From contig JAOADT010000008.1 of assembly GCA_026417175.1 (NCBI GenBank), positions 6,547-70,546 of the forward strand: a DNA stretch of 64,000 bases, in the 5' to 3' direction. Source of the stretch: Deltaproteobacteria bacterium. Its GTDB lineage: Bacteria; Desulfobacterota; Syntrophorhabdia; Syntrophorhabdales; JANXAF01. The number at the start of each line of letters is the position of its first letter. Within the stretch, counting starts at the first letter, position 1. Under the pieces are notes generated by a model that saw only the letters and a list, made by a program, of their open reading frames with translations, ran no database searches and was not told the origin of the DNA. Below are positions 29,278 to 39,299 of the stretch, in pieces. The translations under genes and the position numbers were made by a program.

Positions 29278-30333
29278 ATGTACGAACAGGGACCCATAAG
29301 ACCACCAAGCGAAGCAAACAGTCTCCTTGTGAGAGTAACAAGAAACTGTCCTTGGAATCAATGTATCTTTTGTCCTGCCTACAAAGGCAGTAAATTCTCG
29401 AAAAGGACAGTGGAGGAAGTAAAAAATGACATAGATGAAATGAAAAAAGAATACGGTAGTTATTCCGCCGAGATAAAGACAGTTTTTCTCCAGGATGCAG
29501 ATAGCCTCATTCTAAAAACAGACGATCTCATCGAGATAATAAGTTACATAAAGCTTAAATTTCCGTCTGTATCTCGCATCACTTCATATGCGCGGGCTAC
29601 CACACTTAAAAGGAAGACTGTGGAAGAATTAAAAAAATTGAAAGAAGCCGGTCTAAATAGGATCCATACAGGTATGGAGAGTGGATCAGACATAGTACTA
29701 AAATTTGTGAAAAAGGGGATTACTGCTTCCGATATAATCGAAGGCGGGCTAAAGGTAAAAGAGGCAGGGATCGAACTTTCCGAATATATAATGCCCGGCC
29801 TGGGAGGAAAATCTTTAAGCGAAATACATGCGAAAGAGACTGCGAGAGTTCTAAATATTATTGAACCGCACTTTATAAGGGTTAGGACCTTTGCCATTCA
29901 TCCTTTTTCTCCTTTTGCAAAAATGGCTAAAGAAGGCACATTTGTTCCGATGAACGACGAGGAGATAATAAGGGAGATCAGGCTCCTCTTAGAGAACCTT
30001 AGGGAGATGAGAAGTTATTTCTCCTGCGGGGATTTCAGCCTTAATCTCCTTATGCAACTCGATGGTTATCTTGATGAAAAGAAAAAGGAGATGCTAAACT
30101 TGATAGACCGGTACCTTTCAATGGATGAAATCAAAAAGAAGGCTTATTCACTTCTGAGGCGAGCTTCATTCTTTAACTATCCCTTGGAGATACTGGAAAG
30201 TGACGAATTTATAAAAAAAATCCTCCCCGAAATCGAAAGAATTGAGAAAAATTATCAGGAAGGATTTGACGGGTATATAAGACACCTTATGAGTTATCAG
30301 CTACCACAGCCACAAAGCGAAGCTTGGAACTGA
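29278..30333 (+). CDS. Radical SAM protein of unknown function
   Basis: GPIRPPSEANS and RNCPWNQCIFC (Cx4Cx2C), GMESGSD; SD AGGAGG. Confidence 0.85.
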   Translation: MYEQGPIRPPSEANSLLVRVTRNCPWNQCIFCPAYKGSKFSKRTVEEVKNDIDEMKKEYGSYSAEIKTVFLQDADSLILKTDDLIEIISYIKLKFPSVSRITSYARATTLKRKTVEELKKLKEAGLNRIHTGMESGSDIVLKFVKKGITASDIIEGGLKVKEAGIELSEYIMPGLGGKSLSEIHAKETARVLNIIEPHFIRVRTFAIHPFSPFAKMAKEGTFVPMNDEEIIREIRLLLENLREMRSYFSCGDFSLNLLMQLDGYLDEKKKEMLNLIDRYLSMDEIKKKAYSLLRRASFFNYPLEILESDEFIKKILPEIERIEKNYQEGFDGYIRHLMSYQLPQPQSEAWN

Positions 30334-30339
30334 TAAGCC

Positions 30340-32691
30340 TTACGTAAGGCATATCTCTATTGCTTCATCCATCCTCTCTATAAACTTAAACTCCATATTC
30401 TCCTTTATTGTTTCTGGAACCTCTTCTAAATCTTTCTCGTTAAGTTTAGGCAAAATTACAGTCTTTATCCCTGCCCGCTTTGCCGCCAAGACTTTTTGTT
30501 TTATACCACCTACTGGAAGAACAAGCCCCCTCAATGTAATCTCTCCTGTCATAGCCACATCATTTCTCACCGGTCTATCCGTAAGAAGAGATACAAGGGA
30601 TACAAGCATCGTAATACCAGCAGACGGTCCATCCTTTGGGATCGCGCCCTGTGGGACATGGATGTGTATGTCATGTTTTTCGAAGAAATCTTCAGGAATG
30701 TTGTATTCCTGGGCCTTGCTCCTTACGTAACTTAACGCTGCCTGCGCAGACTCCTTCATCACGTCTCCTAACTGCCCCGTAAGTGATAGGTTGCCCTTGC
30801 CCCTCATCTTTGTAGATTCCACAAATATTATATCGCCACCCGTTGGTGTCCAAGCAAGTCCCGTTGCTACCCCAGAATACTTCGTTCGTTCCGCAACTTC
30901 CGAGAAGTACTTTATGGGGCCAAGATATTGATGCAGATTCTCTTCTTTTATTATTCTTTTGTCGGTCTTTCCTTCGGCTACGTCCTTTGCAACAGCTCTA
31001 CAGATGGTTGCTATTTCTCTTTCTAAGTTCCTAACACCAGATTCCCTTGTGTAACACCTGATTATGGCTCTTATTGCCCCATCCTCAAATTCTATATGAT
31101 CTTCCTTAAGTCCGTGCTCCGAGATCTGCTTTGGAATGAGAAATTGGCGAGCTATCATGAGTTTCTCTTCGTCGGTATATCCCGGGAGTTCAAGGACTTC
31201 CATCCTATCACGCAATGCTGGGGGAATCGGATCAAGCATGTTTGCCGTTGCGATAAACATTACTTTTGATAGATCAAAGGGAACCTCTAAATAATGGTCA
31301 CTGAAGGAGAAATTCTGCTCCGGATCTAGTACTTCCAAAAGTGCACTCGATGGATCGCCACGAAAGTCCATTCCTATTTTGTCAACCTCATCGAGCATGA
31401 AAACTGGGTTGTTTGACCCTGCCTTTTTTATTCCTTGGATAATTCTCCCTGGAAGGGCACCCACATAAGTCCTTCTGTGGCCCCTTATTTCAGCTTCATC
31501 TCTTATTCCACCTAAGGATATCCGTACGAACTTCCTTCCAAGGGCGCGTGCTATGGACCTTCCTAGTGAGGTTTTACCAACGCCTGGTGGTCCAACAAAG
31601 CAAAGAATGGGACCCTTCATGTCTGACTTTAGTTTTCTAACGGCAAGGTATTCAAGAATCCTGTTTTTGACCTTCTCAAGATCATAGTGATCATCGTTAA
31701 GGATCTTTCTTGCCTCTTCTATATTAAGGTTATCCTCCGTTTGTTTTGACCAAGGCAGTTCTACAAGCCAGTCAAGATAAGTCCTTGAAACTGTGTACTC
31801 CGCTGACATCGTACTCATCTTTGAGAGTCTATCTAGCTCTTTCTCGGCAACCTTTTGAACATCAGGAGGCATTTTCGCTTCAGCTATCTTTTTTCTCAAC
31901 TCTTCTATTTCGGCGAACTTATCGTCTGTCTCTCCGAGCTCTTTTTGGATTGCCTTGAGTTGCTCCCTCAAAAAGTACTCTCTCTGGGTTTTGTCTATCC
32001 CTTCTTTCACATTAGATTGGATTCTACTACTGAGCTCTAAGGTCTCTAATTCGCGATTAAGAAGTATTGTCACCATCTTCAAACGGTCTTTTAAATCTAT
32101 CCTTTCCAGGATGTCTTGTTTTTCTGCCACACTGATATTTATAGTTGAAGCTATAAGATCAGCCAAATTTCCAGGGGACTCTATTTTTTGTGCTATCTGG
32201 GCAAGCTCTGAGGAAAGATAAGGGGCCATCTCTACTGCCTTTTTATAAAGGCTTCTAAGGTTGATGTACATTGCATCTATTTCTATGTCTTTCTGATAAT
32301 CCTCGAATATAGGAAGAATCCTTGCCTTAAGGTAAGGTTCTCGTTCTGTGAACTCAATCAGTTTAAATCTACAAATTCCTTGAATCACAATCCTCTGACT
32401 TCCATCCACCATCTTCACCATCTTCATGATGGTGGCTACACATCCAACAGTGTAGAGATCATCGACTCCAGGATCCTCTATGTCAGGATTCTTCTGAGTA
32501 AGTATTCCTATTATCCTGTCCTTTGACATGACATCGTCGACAAGGAGAACGGATTTCTCCCTGCCAACAACCAAAGGCATAACAAGATCCGGGTACGCGA
32601 CCGTCCCCCTGAGTGGTAAAATTGGGACCTCATTTGGGATTACCAGTTTCTCCTTTAAGCTTTTATCACTTCTGAATCCTATTACCATCAT
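30340..32691 (-). CDS. lon: Lon protease
   Basis: N-domain LPLR, Walker A GPPGVGKT, catalytic PKDGPSAG and GGIKQK. Confidence 0.97.
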   Translation of the reverse strand: MMVIGFRSDKSLKEKLVIPNEVPILPLRGTVAYPDLVMPLVVGREKSVLLVDDVMSKDRIIGILTQKNPDIEDPGVDDLYTVGCVATIMKMVKMVDGSQRIVIQGICRFKLIEFTEREPYLKARILPIFEDYQKDIEIDAMYINLRSLYKKAVEMAPYLSSELAQIAQKIESPGNLADLIASTINISVAEKQDILERIDLKDRLKMVTILLNRELETLELSSRIQSNVKEGIDKTQREYFLREQLKAIQKELGETDDKFAEIEELRKKIAEAKMPPDVQKVAEKELDRLSKMSTMSAEYTVSRTYLDWLVELPWSKQTEDNLNIEEARKILNDDHYDLEKVKNRILEYLAVRKLKSDMKGPILCFVGPPGVGKTSLGRSIARALGRKFVRISLGGIRDEAEIRGHRRTYVGALPGRIIQGIKKAGSNNPVFMLDEVDKIGMDFRGDPSSALLEVLDPEQNFSFSDHYLEVPFDLSKVMFIATANMLDPIPPALRDRMEVLELPGYTDEEKLMIARQFLIPKQISEHGLKEDHIEFEDGAIRAIIRCYTRESGVRNLEREIATICRAVAKDVAEGKTDKRIIKEENLHQYLGPIKYFSEVAERTKYSGVATGLAWTPTGGDIIFVESTKMRGKGNLSLTGQLGDVMKESAQAALSYVRSKAQEYNIPEDFFEKHDIHIHVPQGAIPKDGPSAGITMLVSLVSLLTDRPVRNDVAMTGEITLRGLVLPVGGIKQKVLAAKRAGIKTVILPKLNEKDLEEVPETIKENMEFKFIERMDEAIEICLT

Positions 32692-32696
32692 TCCCC

Positions 32697-34607
32697 CTAT
32701 TTTTTAACATCCTCAAACTCGGCATCTAGAACTTCATCATCGCCTCTTGAGCCTCCTGAGGATTTCTTTTGTTCCTGGGCCTGTCCAGTGTAAGAGCTAG
32801 CCTCCTGTGCTCTTCTATATAAAACCTCTGCAAGTTTGTGAGAAGCTTTAGTCAATTCGTCAATTGCCTTTTTGATCCTAGTTATATCTCCACTCTTTAG
32901 AGCGTCTTTAGCAGAAGCAAGGGTATCTTCGATGTTCCTTATATCGTCGCTAGATAGCTTGTCTCTATTCTCGTTGAATGTTTTCTCTGTGGTATAAATA
33001 AGATTGTCAAGCTGGTTTCTCGTTTCCACTTCCTGTCTCTTTCTTCTATCTTCCTCAGCATGCAATTCCGCCTCTTTTATCATTCTCTGAATCTCTTCTT
33101 CACTTAAACCCGTAGAAGCAGTTATTCTTATGTTCTGCTGTTTACCCGTAGCTAAGTCCTTTGCTGTTACATGAAGAATACCGTTTGCATCTATGTCAAA
33201 GGTCACCTCAATCTGAGGTACACCTCTCGGTGCTGGCGGTATTCCCACAAGATGGAATCTTCCTAATGTTCTGTTGTCTTTTGCCATCTCTCTTTCACCT
33301 TGTAGAACATGAATCTCCACGCTTGTCTGGTTATCCTCAGCCGTAGTAAATATCTGGCTCTTTCTAGTAGGGATAGTGGTGTTCCTTTCAATTATTTTGG
33401 TCATAACCCCACCTAATGTCTCAATTCCAAGAGAAAGTGGGGTCACATCTAGGAGTAGTACATCCTTTACTTCTCCAGCAAGCACACCACCCTGAACTGC
33501 CGCACCTAAAGCCACAACTTCATCTGGATTGACACCTTTGTGAGGTTCTTTACCGAAAAAGTTCCGCACCAGTTCCTGCACTTTTGGGATCCTTGTTGAA
33601 CCTCCAACTAAAACGACTTCATCGATCTTGTCAGGAGTTAATTTCGCGTCCTCCAGTGCTCTTCTACATGGCTCAATCGTTCTCTGAATGATATCGTCTG
33701 CAAGCCTCTCAAGCTCTGCTCTTCTCAGTTTCATGTTAAGGTGTTTAGGCCCTGAACTGTCCGCGGTTATGAAGGGAAGGTTTATTTCCGTCTCCAGAGT
33801 AGTGGAAAGCTCACATTTTGCTCTTTCCGCAGCCTCCTTTAACCTCTGCAGAGCCATTCGATCTTTAGATAGATCTATACCCTGGTCTTTTTTAAACTCT
33901 GAAATGATCCAATTTATAATTCTCTGATCTATATCATCGCCTCCCAAGTGGGTATCGCCGTTTGTTGCTTTCACCTCCACCACATTGTCTCCAACTTCCA
34001 GTATGGATATATCAAAGGTTCCACCACCAAAATCGTAGACAGCAATGGTTTCATCTTTCTTTTTATCTAAGCCATAAGCTAAAGCAGATGCAGTGGGCTC
34101 ATTGATTATTCTTAACACGTTCAGTCCGGCTATTCTTCCAGCGTCCTTTGTAGCTTGCCTTTGAGAATCGTTGAAATACGCCGGCACCGTAATTACTGCA
34201 TCTTCAACAGGATGTCCTAAATAGGCTTCAGCAGCCCTTTTCAATTTTTGCAAGATAAATGCCGATATTTCTTGGGGTGTATATTGCTTACCTCTTACCT
34301 CAACCCTCACGTTTCCGTTGGGATCGCTTACAACCTTGTAAGGCACCATTTTTATTTCTTCCTGTACTTCGCTGTATCTTCTACCCATGAATCTCTTTAT
34401 TGAAAATATAGTGTTTTCCGGGTTCGTAATAGCCTGTCTTTTTGCGGCCTGTCCAACTAGTATTTCCCCATCTTTAGTGAAGGCGACCACACTCGGTGTA
34501 AGTCTACTACCTTCCTCATTTATTATTACTTTAGGCTCTCCTCCTTCCATTATTGCGACAACAGAGTTTGTTGTGCCAAGGTCTATACCTATAACTTTGC
34601 GTGCCAT
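32697..34607 (-). CDS. dnaK: Chaperone DnaK
   Basis: [25 protein letters not shown] and DAEFE tail. Confidence 0.98.
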   Translation of the reverse strand: MARKVIGIDLGTTNSVVAIMEGGEPKVIINEEGSRLTPSVVAFTKDGEILVGQAAKRQAITNPENTIFSIKRFMGRRYSEVQEEIKMVPYKVVSDPNGNVRVEVRGKQYTPQEISAFILQKLKRAAEAYLGHPVEDAVITVPAYFNDSQRQATKDAGRIAGLNVLRIINEPTASALAYGLDKKKDETIAVYDFGGGTFDISILEVGDNVVEVKATNGDTHLGGDDIDQRIINWIISEFKKDQGIDLSKDRMALQRLKEAAERAKCELSTTLETEINLPFITADSSGPKHLNMKLRRAELERLADDIIQRTIEPCRRALEDAKLTPDKIDEVVLVGGSTRIPKVQELVRNFFGKEPHKGVNPDEVVALGAAVQGGVLAGEVKDVLLLDVTPLSLGIETLGGVMTKIIERNTTIPTRKSQIFTTAEDNQTSVEIHVLQGEREMAKDNRTLGRFHLVGIPPAPRGVPQIEVTFDIDANGILHVTAKDLATGKQQNIRITASTGLSEEEIQRMIKEAELHAEEDRRKRQEVETRNQLDNLIYTTEKTFNENRDKLSSDDIRNIEDTLASAKDALKSGDITRIKKAIDELTKASHKLAEVLYRRAQEASSYTGQAQEQKKSSGGSRGDDEVLDAEFEDVKK

Positions 34608-34633
34608 AATCTATCCTCCTTGAATTGTTTTCA

Positions 34634-34683
34634 AAGTGCTAAAGATCTTGAGTTAATATAATTCTCGGCAGGTTCATTGTCAA
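34634..34683 (-). promoter_or_regulatory. sigma70 promoter of dnaK-lon plus a CIRCE-like half site
   Basis: TTGACA(34683-78)-N17-TATATT(34660-55); TTAGCACTT at 34642-34 resembles the CIRCE left arm TTAGCACTC. Confidence 0.7.
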
Positions 34684-34701
34684 TAGAAGGAAATTTGGTG
34701 A

Positions 34702-35598
34702 CTATCTATTATCCTTCCTGTAGTTCGTTAGATAGATACCTACGCTAACAAAAATCAAACCTAATATCAGGCCTTTTGTCATTTCCTCATGAAGGATCAA
34801 GGAACCGAAAAAAACCCCGAATACAGGTGAAAGGAACGTAAAAACCGAGAGCTCAGATACAGGATAAATATGTATTAGTTTAAACCAACTGAGATAAGAA
34901 ACAAATGCTACAATCACCGAAGAGTAAATTAAGCTAACTATAGAAATAATGTTTGGTCCTTTTATCCAAGTATCCTCCAAGATCAAAGCGAAGAAAAATA
35001 AAATTGGGATAGACAGGACGAGCTGATAGAGAAAGGTGTTTATAGGATGAACCTTCTCAGCCAGGTATTTTTTTATGTAGATCGTCGTTGCACCCCATAA
35101 AAAAGCGGCCAATAATTCCAAACTGTCTCCAAGTAACATAAGCTTACCAGAATATGACGGCTTTCCTTGAAAAATGGCCAAAACACCAACAAAAGAAAGG
35201 ACAAGCCCAATTATCTTAGTGAGACTCAATCTCTCTTTTAAAAAGAGATACGCTCCGACTGCCACTACAAACGGAGCAAAGTTAATGAGAATCCCTGCTC
35301 TAGCTGAGTCTGTATAAATCATGCCCAAATAGATGCAGACAAATTCGAGCCCAAAGAGTAACCCTACCACAAATCCGTGAAAAAGCCTCACGTCTCTGTG
35401 AATGAGGGGTTGCCGAATGTGAATGCAGTAAGCAATGCCAAAAATCGAAGCTATAGACGAGCGCAGAAAGGCGTTAAAGACTGGAGAGAAACCTGTATTT
35501 GAGATCTTTATGGCGCTGTAATTAAGACCCCAAACAAGGGTAAGCAAGACCATGGTTAAAAGTCCTTTTAAATCGATGTGTTCTTTTTGTTTAGACAT
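34702..35598 (-). CDS. DMT/EamA family transporter
   Basis: About 10 TM helices; WGLNY, LFLKERLS and LILHEEM motifs. Confidence 0.92.
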   Translation of the reverse strand: MSKQKEHIDLKGLLTMVLLTLVWGLNYSAIKISNTGFSPVFNAFLRSSIASIFGIAYCIHIRQPLIHRDVRLFHGFVVGLLFGLEFVCIYLGMIYTDSARAGILINFAPFVVAVGAYLFLKERLSLTKIIGLVLSFVGVLAIFQGKPSYSGKLMLLGDSLELLAAFLWGATTIYIKKYLAEKVHPINTFLYQLVLSIPILFFFALILEDTWIKGPNIISIVSLIYSSVIVAFVSYLSWFKLIHIYPVSELSVFTFLSPVFGVFFGSLILHEEMTKGLILGLIFVSVGIYLTNYRKDNR

Positions 35599-35952
35599 TT
35601 TTTATGTAACTGACTCTAGTAATACAACAGATTAAAACAATAGAGTTTTTTTCGAGTTTTTTAAAATTCCTCATAGATATTTGGCTTCTTAGCAGTGAAA
35701 TAGTAACGTTGCAAACTCCAAGGTACCTTTTGAACTAGTTTATACCTTTTAAGGTAATTCTCGTAATATTTATAAGATTTCTTCCTAGAGAAAATATTGT
35801 GACTGAGCACGTCATAAAGCCCTATAACTTGAATCTCGGAAGAGCTTCTATTTCCTAATAATTCTCGCGAAAGGAGCATCCAAGGGAAGTAATGTTTGAA
35901 AGACCTCTAAGACACAGTTTCTTTCCATTATCCATTAAGATCCATTAAAAAA

Positions 35953-36026
35953 TGGGCCGTGAAGGATTCGAACCTCCGGCCAACTGATTAAGAGTCAGCT
36001 GCTCTACCGGACTGAGCTAACGGCCC
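35953..36026 (-). tRNA. tRNA-Lys(CTT), CCA not encoded
   Basis: GGGCCGTTAGCTCAGTCCGGTAGAGCAGCTGACT-CTT-AATCAGTTGGCCGGAGGTTCGAATCCTTCACGGCCCA folds as a cloverleaf. Confidence 0.96.
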
Positions 36027-36229
36027 AACAGTTTTTTGATAACATATGGGTAAGAAAAATTCAAAAAATTTTTATTCAGTGTGGTTTTTTGTTCCTGGGG
36101 TTTCGAAGTGAAACCCGATTTAAACCGCCGCCTTGTATATTTGAAGTATTCTCCATTTAGGCTTTAAAAACAAAAAATGTACAAAACTTTATCTTGATTC
36201 TCTCTTGCAAATTGCTATAATAGACAACT

Positions 36230-36646
36230 GTGCGGGTACTTTCATTGGATATTGGTGAAAAAAGGATAGGATTTGCCATATCTGATACCGGTCTAAAAGT
36301 AGCGTTGGGGCTTCGTGTTTACGAGAGAAAAACATGGGAAAAGGATTTGGAGGAAATAGAAAAAATTGTAAAAGAACATGAGGTGGAAGAGATAGTAATA
36401 GGGATTCCAAAGGATATGAGAGGAAAAATTGGAAAAAACGGCAAAAAAGTTGAAGAATTTGCAGAAGAAGTTAGAAAAAAATTGGGCAAACAAATAATAT
36501 TGTGGGACGAGAGATTCTCTACAAATGAAGCTCATCGAATAATGGATTTGAAAGAGGTTAATCACAAAAAACGAAAGAAATATATAGACATCATGGCGGC
36601 CCAGATAATCCTTCAGGGATATCTGAATGCAAGAAAACAAGAGTAA
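36230..36646 (+). CDS. ruvX: YqgF/RuvX pre-16S rRNA nuclease
   Basis: LDIGEKRIGFAISD, WDERFST and IDIMAAQIILQ motifs. Confidence 0.93.
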   Translation: MRVLSLDIGEKRIGFAISDTGLKVALGLRVYERKTWEKDLEEIEKIVKEHEVEEIVIGIPKDMRGKIGKNGKKVEEFAEEVRKKLGKQIILWDERFSTNEAHRIMDLKEVNHKKRKKYIDIMAAQIILQGYLNARKQE

Positions 36647-37631
36647 AAAAATTGCCATCCTAATTTTAGCATCATCCATCATTTGCCTGCTTCTCGTCTT
36701 AGTATATATACCCTGTGATCTGAATGACACAGAAAAAGTAGTGGTTACCGTAAAACAGGGTACTCGCGTTTCCGAAATCGCTCAAATTTTAAAAGAAAAA
36801 GAACTTATACCTTCAAAAAGCCTTTTTATAATAGCGTCCTTAATTTTTGGAAGGCGACTTTTAGCTGGTGAGTACGAATTTCAGAGAAATCTCTCTACTA
36901 TGCATATTATCCGAATGATGAAGAAAGGAGAAAGAAGGATATACCTAGTAAAGATCATAGAAGGTAGCAGCATTTTAGATGTATCTCGCATGCTCGAACA
37001 GAATCTCGTAATGAAGAGAGATGATTTCTTAAGACTCGCAACTGATAAAGAGTTTCTTAATCAACTTAAAATTCCTTCTGGATCGATCGAAGGCTACCTG
37101 GCTCCGGAAACTTACTATTACAGTAAAGAGATAACTGTTGAAGAATTGATAGCAAAAATAGTAAGTAGAACATTCAAATTTTTTGAAGACGAAGAAATAA
37201 AAAAAAGGATGGCTCAGTTGAACCTCGATGTTCATAAGACGCTTACTCTTGCCTCTCTAATCGAAAAAGAGGCAAAACTCGAAATAGAAAAACCTTTGAT
37301 TTCTGCAGTTTTTCATAATAGATTAAAGCTCGGTATGCCTCTTGAATGTGACCCAACTGTTTTATATGGTATAGATAAAAAAGGGCCAATAACTAAAGAA
37401 GACTTAAAAAGAAAAACTGATTACAATACTTACACGTTTAGAGGCTTACCGCCTGGTCCCATATGTAATCCCAGTACTAGTTCCATAAGGGCTGCATTGT
37501 TTCCCTCTAATGTGGACTATCTTTACTTTGTTTCCAGAAACGACGGGAGTCACGTGTTCTCAACAAATCTAAGAGAACACTCTAAATATGTGAAACTTTA
37601 TCAGAGAAGAAATAACAACGTTATAAACTGA
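36627..37631 (+). CDS. mltG: Endolytic transglycosylase
   Basis: ASLIEKE, LECDPTV, YNTY...GLPPGPICNP and YLYFV motifs; standard position after yqgF. Confidence 0.95.
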   Translation: MQENKSKKIAILILASSIICLLLVLVYIPCDLNDTEKVVVTVKQGTRVSEIAQILKEKELIPSKSLFIIASLIFGRRLLAGEYEFQRNLSTMHIIRMMKKGERRIYLVKIIEGSSILDVSRMLEQNLVMKRDDFLRLATDKEFLNQLKIPSGSIEGYLAPETYYYSKEITVEELIAKIVSRTFKFFEDEEIKKRMAQLNLDVHKTLTLASLIEKEAKLEIEKPLISAVFHNRLKLGMPLECDPTVLYGIDKKGPITKEDLKRKTDYNTYTFRGLPPGPICNPSTSSIRAALFPSNVDYLYFVSRNDGSHVFSTNLREHSKYVKLYQRRNNNVIN

Positions 37632-37642
37632 AGGAGGTCGGC

Positions 37643-38824
37643 ATGCCAAAAGACGTAGCAGTAATTGGAGTAGGGCAAAGTAACTTTGTGCGGGGGTATG
37701 AGGGTTCCATAAGGGAACTCGCTTTTGAAGCCTTTAGAGAAGCAATGGAAGATGCGGGTATCACCACAAAAGACGTAGATGCTTCTATTATATGTTCTGC
37801 ACCGGAATATGATAAACAGAGATCTCCTGCAGGCGTGATAGCCGAGTATCTAGGATTAATACCGCAGCCCACAGTTTATGTGGAAACCATATGTTCTTCC
37901 AGTTCCACAGGTGTACGGATCGCATACGGTCTTATCAAATCGGGGCTTCATGACATTGTTGCTGTTATAGGATTTCAAAAAATGTCAGAGATCACATCAG
38001 CTGAGTCACAGGAAAGAATGGGTCGAGGAGCAGACATTCAGTGGGAGTCTCCCTTTGGAACTATGATGCCCGCTTATTATGCCCTTTATGCGCAGGCCTA
38101 TATGGCTAAAAATGGTTTGACCCTTGATGATCTTATGAACGTTAGGATCAAATCTGCTACATATGGTCAGATAAATGACAGAGCTGTATACAGAAAACCG
38201 GTTCTTCCAGACGATTTTGATCCCAATAATCCTAACGCAAGGATGGCACAGGTAGTTTCCTGGCCGCTAAGAGTTGGTGATGCATGCGCAAATGCAGATG
38301 GAAGTTCGTGTGTAATCCTTGCAAATGCTGAAAAGGCAAAGGCCATATGCAAGAAACCAGTTTGGATACTGGGCATTGGTGCCGCGTCTGAGGCTGTGAA
38401 TATGGCTTCAAGGCCAGATTTTTCAAAAGGTATAAGGGTTGCACACATAGCAGCACAACAGGCTTATAAAATGGCCGGAATTACCCCTAAAGACGTAAAA
38501 GTCGCAGAAGTACACGATTGTTTTACAATTGCAGAAATCATGGCGTATGAAGCACTAGGATTTGCTCCCATCGGTGAGGGAAAACAACTTATAAGGGAAA
38601 AGGCCACATATAAAGAGGGACCAATCCCAGTGAACGTAGATGGTGGTCTCCTTTCGAAGGGACATCCTATAGGAGCGACTGGAGGCTCCCAGATAAGGAC
38701 CATTGTACTTCAGTTGAGGGGAGAAGCAGGGCCTATGCAGGTTCCAGGAGAACCTGACATTGGACTTGTACACAATATAGGCGGTGTTGGCCTCTATGGA
38801 AACGTAACAATATTCGGGAGGTAG
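37643..38824 (+). CDS. SCP2/archaeal-type thiolase (acetyl-CoA acetyltransferase)
   Basis: ETICSSS nucleophile, EVHDCF, SKGHPIGATG and HNIGG motifs. Confidence 0.9.
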   Translation: MPKDVAVIGVGQSNFVRGYEGSIRELAFEAFREAMEDAGITTKDVDASIICSAPEYDKQRSPAGVIAEYLGLIPQPTVYVETICSSSSTGVRIAYGLIKSGLHDIVAVIGFQKMSEITSAESQERMGRGADIQWESPFGTMMPAYYALYAQAYMAKNGLTLDDLMNVRIKSATYGQINDRAVYRKPVLPDDFDPNNPNARMAQVVSWPLRVGDACANADGSSCVILANAEKAKAICKKPVWILGIGAASEAVNMASRPDFSKGIRVAHIAAQQAYKMAGITPKDVKVAEVHDCFTIAEIMAYEALGFAPIGEGKQLIREKATYKEGPIPVNVDGGLLSKGHPIGATGGSQIRTIVLQLRGEAGPMQVPGEPDIGLVHNIGGVGLYGNVTIFGR

Positions 38825-38827
38825 AAC

Positions 38828-39241
38828 ATGGGATTTGAAAAATTCGGAAGAAAAAGTTTCACAAGTGCAACAAAAACTGCCAAGTTCGTAGACTTTTTAA
38901 TGGAAGGAAAGATAATGGGCACAATCTGTAAAAAATGTGGAATGAAGTATTTTCCACCTAGAGCTGATTGTGCAAATTGCTTCTCATCTGAAATGGATTG
39001 GTTTGAGATGCCCAAGCGTGGCAAACTTGAAACTTTCACTGTAGCATACTATGCACCCTACGGTTTTGAGATGGACTGTCCTTACTCAATGGGTGTTGTA
39101 GACTACGGTGATAATTTGAAACTTTTTGCTAGAATCTCCAAAAATATTAAGCAAGATGAGCTTAGGACCGATATGGAGGTCACTGTTAAACCAGTTCAGT
39201 ATGAAGACGGACAGATAGCTTATGAGATAGAAAAGGCCTAA
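38828..39241 (+). CDS. DUF35 Zn-ribbon/OB-fold thiolase partner
   Basis: CKKCG...FPPRADCANC then OB-fold; 3 bp after the thiolase. Confidence 0.9.
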   Translation: MGFEKFGRKSFTSATKTAKFVDFLMEGKIMGTICKKCGMKYFPPRADCANCFSSEMDWFEMPKRGKLETFTVAYYAPYGFEMDCPYSMGVVDYGDNLKLFARISKNIKQDELRTDMEVTVKPVQYEDGQIAYEIEKA

Positions 39242-39242
39242 G

Positions 39243-39275
39243 AGGCGGGCTTATTAAGCCTGCCTTTTCTTTTTT
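39243..39275 (+). terminator. Intrinsic terminator
   Basis: AGGCGGGCTT-att-AAGCCTGCCT followed by a T-rich tail. Confidence 0.85.
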
Positions 39276-39299
39276 AAGTACCACGAGGCAGGGATTCAT

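Noticed and set aside
30331-30350. TGA-TAA at the end of the radical SAM gene as a C-terminal selenocysteine
   Set aside because: No redox motif context; the following palindrome has no proper loop or SECIS spacing. A double stop is simpler.
35661-35879. 72-aa ORF downstream of tRNA-Lys as a real gene
   Set aside because: No recognisable motif and only weak start signals; not supportable without homology.
36091-36116. GTT...GAAAC hairpin as a CRISPR repeat
   Set aside because: Single copy, no spacers and no cas genes in the window.
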